Positions 1 to 12,305 of a DNA stretch of 64,000 nt are shown one piece after another. Source of the DNA: Amoebophrya sp. A120 (Eukaryota; Protista; Dinoflagellata); NCBI GenBank assembly GCA_905178155.1, contig CAJINV010000002.1, forward strand, positions 3,176,515-3,240,514. Reading direction: 5' to 3'. The notes under the pieces were generated by a model. It made no database searches. It was not told the DNA's origin and saw only the letters and a program-made list of their open reading frames with translations. How positions within the stretch are numbered: the stretch's first letter is position 1; every line of letters starts with the position of its first letter. A program made the translations under genes and the position numbers.

Positions 1-1933
1 TTTGCAGTTGATGCAAAACGCGTCGTCCGTGATGAACAGCAGATTACGGGAACAGCAGTTGTCGATTGATTTGCTGAGTGGGGACTATCACGAGATGGTG
101 AGATTGGACCAGGAGTTGAAAAATGTCGTCATGCTGTCCTCTTCGGGGAGTGCAGGCCAAGGCGGTTCCAGCAGCTCTTCTTCTGCCAACGTGAACACCA
201 ACATGCAGAATGAAGATCAGAAAGTGATCAAGGCGATTGGCAAATACCTGGAGCACCACATGCTTTTGCAGCAGCGGACGCAGAGCCGGGAGGTGAGCGG
301 GCGGGATGTTGTGTACGGAGGTGCTAGTACAACAACTGCTGGAAGAATAAATGCCGTCGGAGTAGGTGGTCAAGTCAGCAGCACCCCGGGTTTCACCCTT
401 CGAGACCTGCTGCATAGCAGTGAAGACGACATTAATCTCCAGGACCAAAACGAAAACTCAGCGGAAGACGATTTGAATCTCGCGAGCAGCATCGCGAGAC
501 TCGGTTATCCGAGTTCTGGTTCGATGTTGAACGCGAGTCCGAGTAGAGGGGAAAACCAAACTTCATCAGCGATGCGCACCTCCACCTCCTCCGACCAACG
601 GGAAAGATCCAGGAGACGGTCTAGTGGGGAGTTGGAGTTGCAACAACGGGAGACGACCGAGATGGCGATCTCGGATTTGAGCTTCGTCCCGCTGGTTCGA
701 ATCCCGCTGGAGAACGACTTGTTCCGCGTGGATGAGCGCGAACAGCATGCGACTGGTGTGGTAAACCAGCGGCAGGGGCAGGTGTATCAGCAGCAAGTGC
801 CTGGTACTACGCCGCAGCAACACGCTGGTCAAGTGTCGTCGCCATCGGTACAGGGAATTCAGCATCAGATTCAGCAGCAGCAGCAGCAACAAAGCCCGTC
901 GTCCTTTCAACAACAGCAGCAGCAATTTTACCAGCAGCAGCAGCAGCAGCCTTCAAACATTCCCAGCAACACAAACTACACTTCCGCAGCGGCGGCTTTG
1001 AACAACCAACTCCGGAACATCACCGCCATGGGAACCTCCCCGACTTCCGCGCAACCCCCACCCGGCTCCGCATCCTCGTCTTCCTCCGGGTCCGGGCCGG
1101 TTGGCACTTTTCAACACCCCGCGAGCCGAACGGTGCCACCTCCGAGTCCCGGGACAATGCGCGGGGGGTATTTTACGGGGATAACAGGACCGAGCGGAGC
1201 ACCAGGTGGCTCCATTCAGAGTCAGCAATTTTTCGCAAATAGCAATACCAATCAGCAGCAGCAAAATGTCGGTGGTTTCGGAGGGGTTGTTGCACCAGGA
1301 GGAGGAAATATTAACAATAGCTACACCGGAATCAATATCGGTAGTTCTGCACCGGCCCCGGGTCCTTCGTTCCGCTACCCGGGATTGAACCCACCGGCGA
1401 GTAATTTGTTGAACGGCAATGACTATCCTGTGCAAAAGTATCGTACTCGTAGTGATTGCTGCTATGCATAACAAATCTCCTTTTTATAGGTAAAACAGCA
1501 TTACAAATTTCAGTTGTAGTGCTAAGCAAATTTGTAATGCAATTGCTACTAGTACGATGCTTTTGCAAGGCATAATGACAATGACATTAATTACACGGTG
1601 AATCAGCGGCTCTTCTCCGCTACCTACGGAACGGGGATCCGAGCAGGCGTGCCGCCCGGAACAACAACTGGAGTACTAGCGGGGAATATTAATCCCCTCG
1701 CCGTGACGAGAACCAACGCCACTGTCGAGTCTCAGTCGTTGTCCCAACAGTCCGGAAGTAGTTTTGGAGCTTTAGGTGGTGGTGTCGGGGCGGGAAATGA
1801 ACAAGATTTTCAGGCGGATAGCCCGAGCAGGAGACTGTCCTTTGCCAACATCGCAGCCTCGCCGTCGAGGTTTGGGAATCCGAATCAACAATTGAATGGT
1901 GGTGGTGTTGGGGATCAGCAGCAGTGGCGATAG
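1..1933 (+). CDS. 3' part of a Q/S/G/N-rich low-complexity protein (5'-truncated); exons <1-1423 and 1580-1933
   Basis: ORFs 2..1471 and 1598..1933 share a frame. Removing element 1424-1574 plus DR ATGAC (156 nt) joins NGND|NDINYTVNQR. Confidence 0.8.
1424..1574. mobile_element. Introner family A (TAT-N4-TGCAAAAG TIR), 151 bp
   Basis: TIRs, DR ATGAC, excision restores frame. Confidence 0.9.
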
Positions 1934-3895
1934 AGAATGAACTACTGTTATCATGGCGCCCTTTTTGAAGCTTTGAACTTTTGCTTGTTTCTGTTTCTGC
2001 TTGAGTCAAACTTTTGCCGTCTGAAATGCTCTGAAAAGATTAAGATCATGTACACTACTTTCTTGAAGGTAGAAGCCGACAATCAAAATGTCGCAGGCGC
2101 AATCGCTTTTTTGGTGCTGGCCGTGCTTGTGTAGTTCAAATTTTAAGATGGGCAGACGGTCGTGTTCAGGCCTAAAGAGCAGCAAAGCTGAGGGTTTTCT
2201 GCAGCGTGTTTCCTGAGTGTCTGTGAGAGTGAGTGAGCGGAATGAACGAGGATAGAGCAAAGGTTTTTTTCTTGATTTACAGAAAGCGAATCGCCGCGGC
2301 CGCGGTCTTTGTGCGTGGAAGGCCCCGGGGCTGGGCTGCCAGCCGTTTCTGCATCGCCGGCGCACGTGTGCCGGTGTTGCCTGCATGATTCGCCCCCGCG
2401 CGGCCGTGGTCGCAGGGTCGCGCCGGCGTTGCGTGCCTCTTCCGGCCGGCATCGAGGCAAACCCAAAAGGGCCGGCGCTCCGGGTCGTGGATGGCCTTGT
2501 GGCTCCGTTGCCTCTTGCCGAGTGCCGCCCGCGACCTCTACTCGCCCGGCGAGGGCGGGCAAGAAATTACTAAAGCCGTATTAATTTAATTTAGTTCGTG
2601 AGTGATAGCATAGCCGGGGTCTGGTGCGGCCGAGCAGACTGAAAAACGATTTTCGCACTAGCGCGCCGGGTGGCGCAGCTAGTCGGCGAAACCCATGCCG
2701 CCGCTGGCGCGCTTTGCCGGCTCCCGTAACCAAACCGCGCCAGCGGTGGCGCTGGTTCTGCCGCCCGGGTATGCGGGCCGGCGGCCGCGGCGGGGCCGCA
2801 GTTCTGGGCCGCGCGCCCGGCTGGATAGTGCCCGTGAAGGGCCGCGCGGGCGGCAGGGGGGTGCCCGTATTCCAGGCCTCCGGCCTTCGGGCCGTGCGTC
2901 TTTGTTTGCCCCTGGCGCCCCCCCCTTCCGGCAATTGTTTGGCTGACTCTCTGCCGTGGTTGGCGGTTGGCCGCCCGCGGGCACCCCGCCCGCCGGCCGA
3001 TCGCGTGGTCGGTCGCGGCTCTGCCCTGCGCCCCGGGCGCCTGGGGTTTTCGCCCTGTCCCTGTCAATGGTGACGCCCCTTGGGCTGATTAGGAAGGATG
3101 GCGCAGGTGTGTGTCTTGGTGTTTGGCCGCACCACCGCAGCCATGCATGCGTGGCGCGCCTGCGAGCGCGCGTGGGCGGAAGCACGCACCAGGGGATGTG
3201 CATGTGGTCACGTTTCCGCGGCTAGAGGGGCTCTCTTCCTAGCTATTGGCTCATCTTGGAGGAGGCTCGCGAACTTGTGCTTGTTTATATGAGTCCCACC
3301 TGACATCGGTTATCACGCGAGCCACGCTGCAAGAATGAATGTTCATTGCACGCGAGTCGCGATAGAAGCTCCGTGGGCAAATCGACAACAGCTGTGGAAC
3401 AGCAAGGGCGGGAAAAATATGGAATTTCATGCTTCTTTTAATGTATGCTCGATGTTCATCAAATGCGAGCGAATCTCCGCTGACATGGAAATGGGAAAAG
3501 AGCAAAAAAATCGAACCACACTGGAAATCGAAATCCACATATTAAATCAAATTTTTACAACACAGATTGGAGCGCGCAACAGATCTGCACGAGGATGAGT
3601 TGGTCGAGCATGCATTTCAGAGTGAGGAGGACGAAATATTGGACGATGGCCACCAGTGCCGAAGGATCTGATCTGCCCAGCCCTGTCTTGTTTCTTCGTT
3701 CGCTCAATTCCGCGATGTTTTCTCCTACATGTCGTGATCTTCGACACAAGTAAGTTGACTCAGACTCTTCAGGCTGCGGCAGCAGAATTTCTCACGAGGT
3801 AGATCGATATCGATTGTGAAGTTCTTGTGATTTCTATAAGACAATATGAAAACTTCTAAGTTGTAGCTATTTCGATTGTGCAACAAGAAGCGAAA

Positions 3896-5983
3896 ATGAA
3901 AACCAGCGCCGTGACAATCCGGAGCCAAGAAGCGGATCCGGAGAGCAAACCCACCTCCTCCACCTACAGCGGCATCGGTGTGGAGTACTTGCAGTTTGAC
4001 CTGGCCCGGCATCCTTTTGTAGACCTGTTCGCGAAGTTGTTACCGAAGAGGACGAACGACAGGCGACGAAGTGGTGATGCAGAGAACTACAAGCTGGATA
4101 ACGAATCATCAACGTCGGTTAACAATTCTCTCGAATACCTCCATCTCCGCGTCGATGATTTCCGGCCCGAGAACCGCGACGAGAATGCAAGACAAACAGT
4201 GCCTCCTTTTCTGGAACGAGCATTGCAAATCCTACCCCAGAAGGTCGTGGATCATGAACAAGCGACTCAGAGGACTCGCTCAGTAGACCTGCAGCAGCCC
4301 TTGCAGCCGCATGCGAAGGAGGTCTTCGACGTTGACGAGCCAGCAACCCCCTCCCCCACAAATTCATCCACGACGACCCCGAGTTCTACTACTACTTCTA
4401 CCCCTGCAGCTTCAACGACAGCAACAAATTCAAATCTCCCTACTTCCACGACCAAAAAACGACAAAAACAAGCCAACAAGAAGGCGAAGAACACGCTTCT
4501 GAAGCAGTGGAACCGCGACGAGAACTGGATAAACTTTCTCGCTGCGTACGATCATTTTGTGAAGGAGTTTGTCATTCCGGACCTGCAAGACAAATTTGGG
4601 CGTCAACATCGTGCGGATCTTTACGCATCTTCAGAAAAGACTACAAGACAAATCCTCGGCGTGTTCTACCAGGAGCAACCCGTGCTCCGCATCGTTTTTC
4701 CAAACAGCCAGGTCCCGCCCTCAAGACCACATAAAGATTTGGAGTACGGGCATTTTGAACAGGAGATCAACTACTGGCTCCCGATTTGTCAAAACGAATT
4801 GAACGGGAGAAACACGCTGTGGGTGGAGAGTGAGCCGGGTCTCGGGGATTACAAACCTTTTGTCACGGACAAATCTTCACGACAGCGGCGGAAAAACAAA
4901 AACTGTGATGCGGTTTCTAATGCTTCACAAGGAACCGTGATTCGCTTCGACGGCATGCACTTGCACCACTACGCGCATTTGGACATGAAGAACGACGAGG
5001 AGCGAGAAGAAGTGCCAGACCACCGTGTTTGTGACCCAGACCGTGTTGAAGAATCAGAACTAGAACCACTTCCAGCGATATCCAGAACCACTACGGCGTC
5101 GACAATAGCAACTGTGAAAGACGAGATTTCTGATTCCAATGTCGTGGGTAGAGACATTTCCTCTTCTCCTCTAGAACTACCAGCCACGTCGGTTCTTACA
5201 ACCAAAACCGGGCCTGCAAGCATCAGAGAAGAGAAGCTTACGCGCATCAGCTTCGATTTTCGTGTGTTGCCAGTTTTCAAGACGTCCATAACAACACCAA
5301 AAACTTCCGCTCCTGAAGATGAAGAAATAGAAATGCACAGGACCAGCAGCCCACTAAGTAGACTAAATGAAAGCGAGAAGCTTTACATACAGAAACAAGC
5401 GACAGACTTCAAACATTTGGTGGATTTGAACACGGATATTTTTCACAATTTTTCAACGAGTAGTATGGAGTTCTCAAACGTTACATTCTCAACTGTTAGA
5501 TGAATTTGTCATGCAAGACAACCTTAAGCCGCCAGATGATGAAGCTGCTTCGCATGACAAATCCCCGAGAGGCTAGACGGCATCTAAATCTGTGCCAAAT
5601 CTGTAATGCAGGAGCAGCAAGCTTGGCCGTTTGACTCTTGCCATTCTTGCATCACAAATAATGCATGTAACAGTTGAGAATGTAACAGTTGAGAACGCCA
5701 TAAGTAGCTCTGAGAAGTTCAACACAGCATTGGAAATGTTACTCTCTTATCCTGTGCAAAAGTATCGTACTCGTAGTAAGTGCATTTATGCATCACAAAT
5801 CTCTTTCTCAAGGCAAATCAGCATTACAAATTCCATTTGTAATGCTGAGGAAAGTTGTAATGCGATTTCTACTAGTACGATGCTTTTGCATTTCATATAC
5901 TCTCTGCAACCGCAAATCCGATGAGAAAACGTTTCCGGTTGGCAGAAAACCAACATGGACTTTTCAAATTCGTGTACGCATAA
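3896..5983 (+). CDS. StrG-like / 2OG-Fe(II) oxygenase-fold protein, 3 exons
   Basis: Motifs YQEQPVLRIVFP, HKDLEYGH, EINYWLP, NTLWVESEPG, FDGxHLHHY and TRISFDFRV. Two introners excise in frame to TAA at 5981-5983. Confidence 0.7.
5464..5702. mobile_element. Introner family B (TATGGnGTTCTCAA TIR), 239 bp
   Basis: TIRs, DR AGTAG, frame restored. Confidence 0.9.
5748..5897. mobile_element. Introner family A, 150 bp
   Basis: TIRs, 8-bp DR TACTCTCT, frame restored. Confidence 0.85.
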
Positions 5984-6392
5984 AACGACATCACATAGCT
6001 TGTTTTCAACACCATATGCTCCTCGCAGAACAATAAATGCACAGACACGTGACAGCACCAACTTACAGCAGCGCAATTACAGTCTGGCGCACTTAGTACT
6101 CTCGCGACCGCAGTAGCACTGGACGCGCGATCGCTTCTGATGCGGCCGATGTTGTTCCATTTCACGACCACTTCTAAGGAGAAGAAGTGCACGCGTTCGT
6201 CTGTAGGTGTCCACCCTTGTTTTACTACTACACACCCGGAGGTTTCCATCTTCTCTGGAAGATTTTGTTTCGTAGATCAACGTCGTGAGGGTGCAGACCT
6301 CCTGGATCTAAACAGCGCTGCAGCTGGTGTTGTGCCGTCCTCGATCAACAAAGTTCAAGAGATCATCTACTTGTTCAGAAGCAAAATAAGCA

Positions 6393-7121
6393 ATGTGCTC
6401 GCGTCCGCCCTTAACCACCTCCACTTTCTACCACGCAACTTCGCTGGAGAACGCGGAGAAGCTCATCGAAAGTCAGAAATTCCGCCTACCAACCCGCAGA
6501 GAGGCGATTGACAGGGGCTTGAAACTCGGCGCGGCGGTGTATTTTGGTAAAAATGCGGATTATTGCATCCACGAAGCCGTGAACACAATGATGGATTTAG
6601 AAAGGGGAAGCAACTGCAGTTCATCTTCGGGTTCCTCAACCCCTTGTTCCTCTCAAGCTGACAGAAGCCCATGCGAAGAAGCTGGAACCAACACTTCTAC
6701 ATCAAAACAGAAACTTCAAAAGCAGGAGAAAAAAGCCAAATATCGGAAAATGATCCAAGAAAAGTACAGGATCGTGTGCCTCTCGTGCGACATTGACGCT
6801 GGTACAATTTGCGATTTCGGGTCGTACGACGACAGGAAGTGGCCGGAGTGTTTGCCGACGCTACCGAAGCATCCGGATTGCCGGAAGGCGGATCAGGCGA
6901 AGAAGAGTGTTGCGGGGAAGAGGATGAAACAGCGGGATTGGGATAAATACACGGAGCTGATCGATTTGGAATATTTGAGGGAATTTGGATACGACAGCAT
7001 TGTTTTAAACAGAGATGAAAAAGATGATGGAGCAGAATCTGCTTACGCGTTTGAAATTGCAGTGTATGATGTGGACAGAATCAAGAATATTCGAATGGCT
7101 GATGTTGGATGTTGGAAATAA
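6393..7121 (+). CDS. PARP/Gig2-like ADP-ribosyltransferase-fold protein
   Basis: FYHATS...GLKLGAAVYF...GYDSIV...FEIAVYD resembles the H-Y-E ADP-ribosyltransferase signature. Intronless 242-aa ORF. Confidence 0.65.
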   Translation: MCSRPPLTTSTFYHATSLENAEKLIESQKFRLPTRREAIDRGLKLGAAVYFGKNADYCIHEAVNTMMDLERGSNCSSSSGSSTPCSSQADRSPCEEAGTNTSTSKQKLQKQEKKAKYRKMIQEKYRIVCLSCDIDAGTICDFGSYDDRKWPECLPTLPKHPDCRKADQAKKSVAGKRMKQRDWDKYTELIDLEYLREFGYDSIVLNRDEKDDGAESAYAFEIAVYDVDRIKNIRMADVGCWK

Positions 7122-9185
7122 GAATAGCTCTCAGATGAAGATTTTTGTTGTGCTTGACATAACGAGCACAAGCAGAATGGCGGCCTGTGCGCTGTCTGCC
7201 GTGAGCAGAGGTAGACTGTGGGCGATTTTTGTATGACGTGTGGTTTTTGTTGTTCTCAAGCTGCTTAACGTTCCTGCCGGCGGATGCTGGTGTGTGTGGT
7301 GTGTAGGGTGGGCGCCTGTGTTTTTCCCGTTTGTGATTGCCCGGCGCTAATATTGAAAAGGCGCCGGCCCTGTTGTGCTGGCGAACGGTGGGCCCGCCAT
7401 TTGCGGACGCGGGCGCCGGCGGAAGGTCGCTCGCCCCTTGCCGGCGTTTGGTCCCTGGCCCCGCCCTGGCGCGCGGGCCAGGATACGCGGCGGGCCGGCC
7501 CGGGCGGGGCGATCGAAGGTGACAGGGGGCCCCTCCGCGCCCAGTTGATTTTTGGGCAGGCGAGTCGCAAATCGTCGAGCGCGAATGGGGGACCCGTGTG
7601 GGGTCTTCACGAGTTTGGTGTGTTTATGCAGCTGTGGGGCACTGTCCCGCGCTTCTTCACGGAGCGCCGAGCCAGTCGCGGCGCCGATAGTCTTCGCATG
7701 CCCCAGAGCCCCCCGCATGGAGCCCGCTAGCCGCGGCGCAGTAGAGGGGCGGCGCGAAAAAAGCGCCGGCGACCCGGGGGGGGCGGTAGGTTAGTTGCGT
7801 TCCCTGTCGCGGCGCACGCCTCTCGCGCCTGTCTCGCTGATTCGATAACAGGAAAGGAAGGTGATGGCCCAGCTTTGGAAGGTGTTCGGGAAGGCGGTCG
7901 AGGGCTCCGGCAGGGCTCCTGAAATTGCCCCCCCGTGTTATTGGGCGGGGCCGCGGGGCGGCCCTTTTTGTCGTGGCGCGCACTCATATGGCGCGCAGCG
8001 CTTCCCGCGCCGCTGTTTGGAATGCCCCCGACCGCCGACGCGAGCATGATCTAAAGGCGTCAAGGCTGCAGGGGGCCGGCAATGTCCTCGACGAGATGAG
8101 GCAGGACGCGCAGAGCCGGCCGGAGAGCTGGCAGGCCCGCCCCCCACCCAAAAATCCCGGCCCGTCGCCTTTATTTTTGGCGTCGTCTAGTTGCCTGCCG
8201 CGGCGCCGCCGGCCGGCCGCGCCGTTCGATCCCCGGCGGGGATGCGGCCGGCCGGGCCCGCGTGGGCGCTTGGGGCGCGCCCCGGTTGCTTCTGGGCTCG
8301 CTGCGCGCCCGCCCCACGGTTTGGCCACATTTCTTATGGCAGGAAGGGGTCCTTTGGCGGGCCGGAACGCGCCGAGTGGGCTCGCCAGCGCGCCGTCCCT
8401 GTGCTGCATCCATGCAGCCCGCGCGCCGGCCCGCCCGCTCGGCCCGCTTTTTTCCGGGGGCGGCGCGTTTGCAGTGTCGCCCCCCCGCCCCCCCCCCGTC
8501 GCGGCCGCCTCGTCTCCTGCGCGCGCCCCCGCGCGCGGCCCCAAAGTCGCCGCGCTATGCTTGGCTCGGGCGCGTGGGGGCCGCAGGAGTTTGGCAGCGA
8601 AGCGTAAAAGCGTAGCAATGCGCGCGCGTGCGCGTGGGGGGGCCTGTGTGGTGCCCGGGATTGTAACTTGGCAGTCAGCGGGCGAGCTTGGGTTGCCAGG
8701 GCACCCTTTTCCATCCACATTGGCTCCACCGTCAGAACGAAGAGCGTCGGGCACCGTTATTTTGCTCGGGCTAGGCTTTTTTTCGACAGTGGAATCGCAA
8801 TAGAGAACAGCGCGGGCCAGCCGCAGCTCGTGTGGAGATCAGCAGGGGCCGCTTGAGCTTGTGTTCGTCCTCGTCATTTTTTCTTGTACGCTGAGCGCAG
8901 AACAGAGGAAAGTCGTGGCGTCAAATCTTTTACGAGCGCAAATTTTCACGTGACCGTCACAAAGCCAAAGCGAACTGCAAAGCAAATGCATCGAATGGCA
9001 GTGTTGAAGAAAAAAGAGCGGCCAATAAAACAGAGAATAGCCTGTAACACAAACTGAACTCACTTCTCCATGGTTTTCGTTCTTTTTTGCGAGGGTAATT
9101 TGTAGTTTCTTCAAGCCGACGTCATCTTTGAACTCGTGACTTGACATCCCAGTCCGTTGCGTCATAAACGAAAGCCTACTTCAAA

Positions 9186-10650
9186 ATGTCTTTCGGCTGC
9201 TACCGTCCGGACGCGAACACGAACCTTGGCTGTCGGCCGACGGCCAGTTCGATGAGCTTGAAGGACACCAAGTTGTTCCAGCAGCGGGTGCACCGGGAAA
9301 CCAGAAATCCCATCACAGGAGAAGTCGTGAACTACAGCCGAGGGGCGAATGCTTCAAACGCCGGGGATCCGAGTTCCACAACGAGTAGTTCCTTCGCATC
9401 CAACATGACAAACTCCGCAAATCAGACGAAAAGCGACATTTTCCACCTGCGAGACACGGATAGTGAAAATAACAAGCAGGATGATTTTACCGGGGGGAAG
9501 AAGGTAGTTAAGAAGTTTGTTGCTGGGAAGTACTTAGTTGTCATGCACTTTCTACAATCGCGATTGAGTTTGTCATGCGAACCTTGACTTTAAGTAACCT
9601 ATTCGTCAAACACGAAAATTATACAGCAAATGCCGGAGCAGCGGTACCAGGGAAATTTGAACCCCAACCTTACCCTTCCGGGGAGCAGCAGCTCGCGTGG
9701 ATTCGCAGAAAACCCAAGCCGAATAGCCGAGGGGAACCTGATATGCATTGCAAAGGTATCGCACTCGTACCAGTTGCAACCATGCATGACGAATCGAAGT
9801 CTTGTCCTTAAGGTAAAACAGCATGACAGAGTCCAGTTCTCACACTGAGAAATATTTGTAATGCACTTACTTATATGTACGAGTGCGATACTTTTACAGA
9901 GAATACCTGACGGTGGGAAGCATGGTTCCGAGTTCGTTTGCGATCACGGGTATAACTACTTTTCAGCTGCTTCATGCATGAAACGCAAATGCTTGCTGTG
10001 CATATGATTTTGATTCTGCTAGGCATGAGCATGACAGACTTGATACGAGTCGCATCTCGATAGTAAAAGAAAAACAACCACACATCGACATCAGGCGAAC
10101 CGGGCATTTACCGCGACACTGACTCTTCCTCCAACGCGTTCACGCACCGCACGAAGGTCTCCTACGCCGGTGGGGAGTGCGGACAGTATTTGAAACCGCG
10201 GGACAAGCTCGGGCCCGGGTGTTTGCCCATTGGCACCAACGACGCCACCCTATCGCCGACGACGCGGTCGCCGAAGTCGCATTTTACCCGGAACAACCTG
10301 AACAACACGAGGTACAGCGGGAAAAACTTGGTGAAAGCGGCTACGACCAACATTCGGCCGACGGAGTTCGGAATGATGTATGCATTGCAAAAGTACCCCC
10401 GTGCTAGTACAAAACGCATCACAAATTTTCTCAAGAAGAAGAATGCAATTTGTCATGCGTACTCGGGTAGACGTAGAGAATCGGACTTGTCATGCATAGC
10501 CGCAATTACTACGAGTGCGATGCTTTTGCTCTGCATATGATGGCCGAGGCGCCGATTTTGCGGGAGCCGGACATGGACACGGTGGTGCACCATTTGCTGC
10601 AGGAGGTGCCAAGTGCGAAGTACTATGACGTGTTTAAGGGGGATTTGTGA
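9186..10650 (+). CDS. Hypothetical protein, ~5 exons
   Basis: GT-AG intron 9530-9594, introners 9742-9905 and 10379-10537, and one intron at ~9950-10070 whose ends I could not fix. Ends ...VFKGDL TGA. Confidence 0.6.
9742..9905. mobile_element. Introner family A, 164 bp
   Basis: TIRs, DR CCTGA. Confidence 0.85.
10379..10537. mobile_element. Introner family A, 159 bp
   Basis: TIRs, DR TGATG, frame restored. Confidence 0.85.
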
Positions 10651-12305
10651 TGGTCTAGTGCAGTTTTATCTCGGGGAACGAAGTCAAGCTGTCCGGAAAA
10701 TTTTTTTAGCGCAATGAAACAGAATTCAGATTGCAGTCTAACAGCCACTAGCCCGCGCTTTCTTGATCTGCTCAACGGTGTTCAAGCAATTTTCTTCAGA
10801 GCCGGTGTTCTCAAACATGAAGGAGAGATCTTCATCTTGGTTCTTGTCTTGTGCGACACATCCTCGAGCGCACACACACAAGTTACAGCGACGAGTGCGC
10901 AACTGAGCGCAACTTGGCGCGACTTTGTTTACCCGGCCGGCGCAACTTGGCGCCCGCCGGCGCGCCTGCGTGCTCACTCTGGGCCGTGGTGTCTAAACGC
11001 GACACCCGGCAAGCAGGCGCCTGAGCCAGCGGGCGCTGAGCGCTCGGCCGTGGCATTAATCCCGCCATGGGCGCGCCGGGCGTTGAGCGCCCGGCGCGCC
11101 CATGGTGGGCCTCCTTGGTGTGGCGAGCAATTCGCGCGGGGCAGCAGGGGGTGGCGGAGTTCCCTGGCCGGGGCCGCGGGCATCAGCGTGAGGCGATCGA
11201 TCGAAGACGGCGGCCCCTGCCGTCCAAGAGCCAGCAAGAAGATGATGGTCGGAAGCTGAAAATGATGAAAAATCCCAAGCGGTCGGGGCCGGGTTTGCCG
11301 AGGAAGACGCGGGCGCGCGGCGGCCGGGGGGCGGGAGGCGAAGCGGCGGGCGATATTAATCGCCCGCGCCGCCCCTTTGAGGTTCGGCCGGGGCACGCGT
11401 CCACCGACCGGCCGGCCTGGCGTTGTGTTTTTCAAGTGTGCCCCGACTGGGGCCGGGGGCTGTTTGCCCCCCCCCGGCTTCGATTGGTTGCCGCGCCGAC
11501 GGACCCGGGGCGGGCGGGCTGGCAAGTGTCTCGTCGTTGTTTCTGCGGGTGTGTGATGAGCGGCGCTGCCCGGCGGGGCCACCGGCCCAGGCAAGGTAGG
11601 AAGCGAGCTCGAGGGCGTCGTCCCCGTCGTTCGCGCCGCCCTGCAGCCGCTGGGCGGACGCATTACAGCGAAGGCGAACCCGGGCAAAGGGTCAGCCGCC
11701 TTGTATATAATCACTCAGGCAGCCCGGGGCGCTAGCTCTGTTTTATCCCATCTGAACCAAATCGCAGACATTGGGTCAAAAGTGTGACAAGGCAAGTCGC
11801 CCCGTTGCATTGAAGCACCGTCTAAAACAGTGCGTCGACCGTCGGCAACGACGATGTTCTGTCTGCTAAGCAGACAGAACAAGTCGGCCTTTTTCGTTGC
11901 AGGTGCGTGGCAGAACCGTTTTCGTGATCAAACCCCCACGATAGATTCGGGTGGCCGCACTTTTCAATTGTGAGCACTGATTACTCCTGCAAGAACGAAC
12001 AGCACTCGGAAAGCGATCACACATGCAACTGTCGTGCCCAAAGCAATAAAATAATACGAAGCAAAAATAGCATCGATGATATATTAACGCACTTGCTTTC
12101 GTCTTCGCCGTGAAGTAGGAAACTGCAACACTGTAAGTAAGAGTGCAACAGGTGAAAGTGTGGAGGCTAAGTTGAGTAGTTGATGAAGTAGGACACGAGA
12201 GGACGAGCGTTCTTGTGCGCATTCAATATGCAGTTTGGGTTCTCCTGAGCGATGTATTGTAGTTGTACTAAAATGTGTATGTAGCAGCAACAGGAGCCCT
12301 CCAAA

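Noticed and set aside
2006-11735. Many overlapping R/P/G/A-rich ORFs as genes
   Set aside because: They are expected in very GC-rich DNA, are open in several frames at once and show no recognisable motifs.
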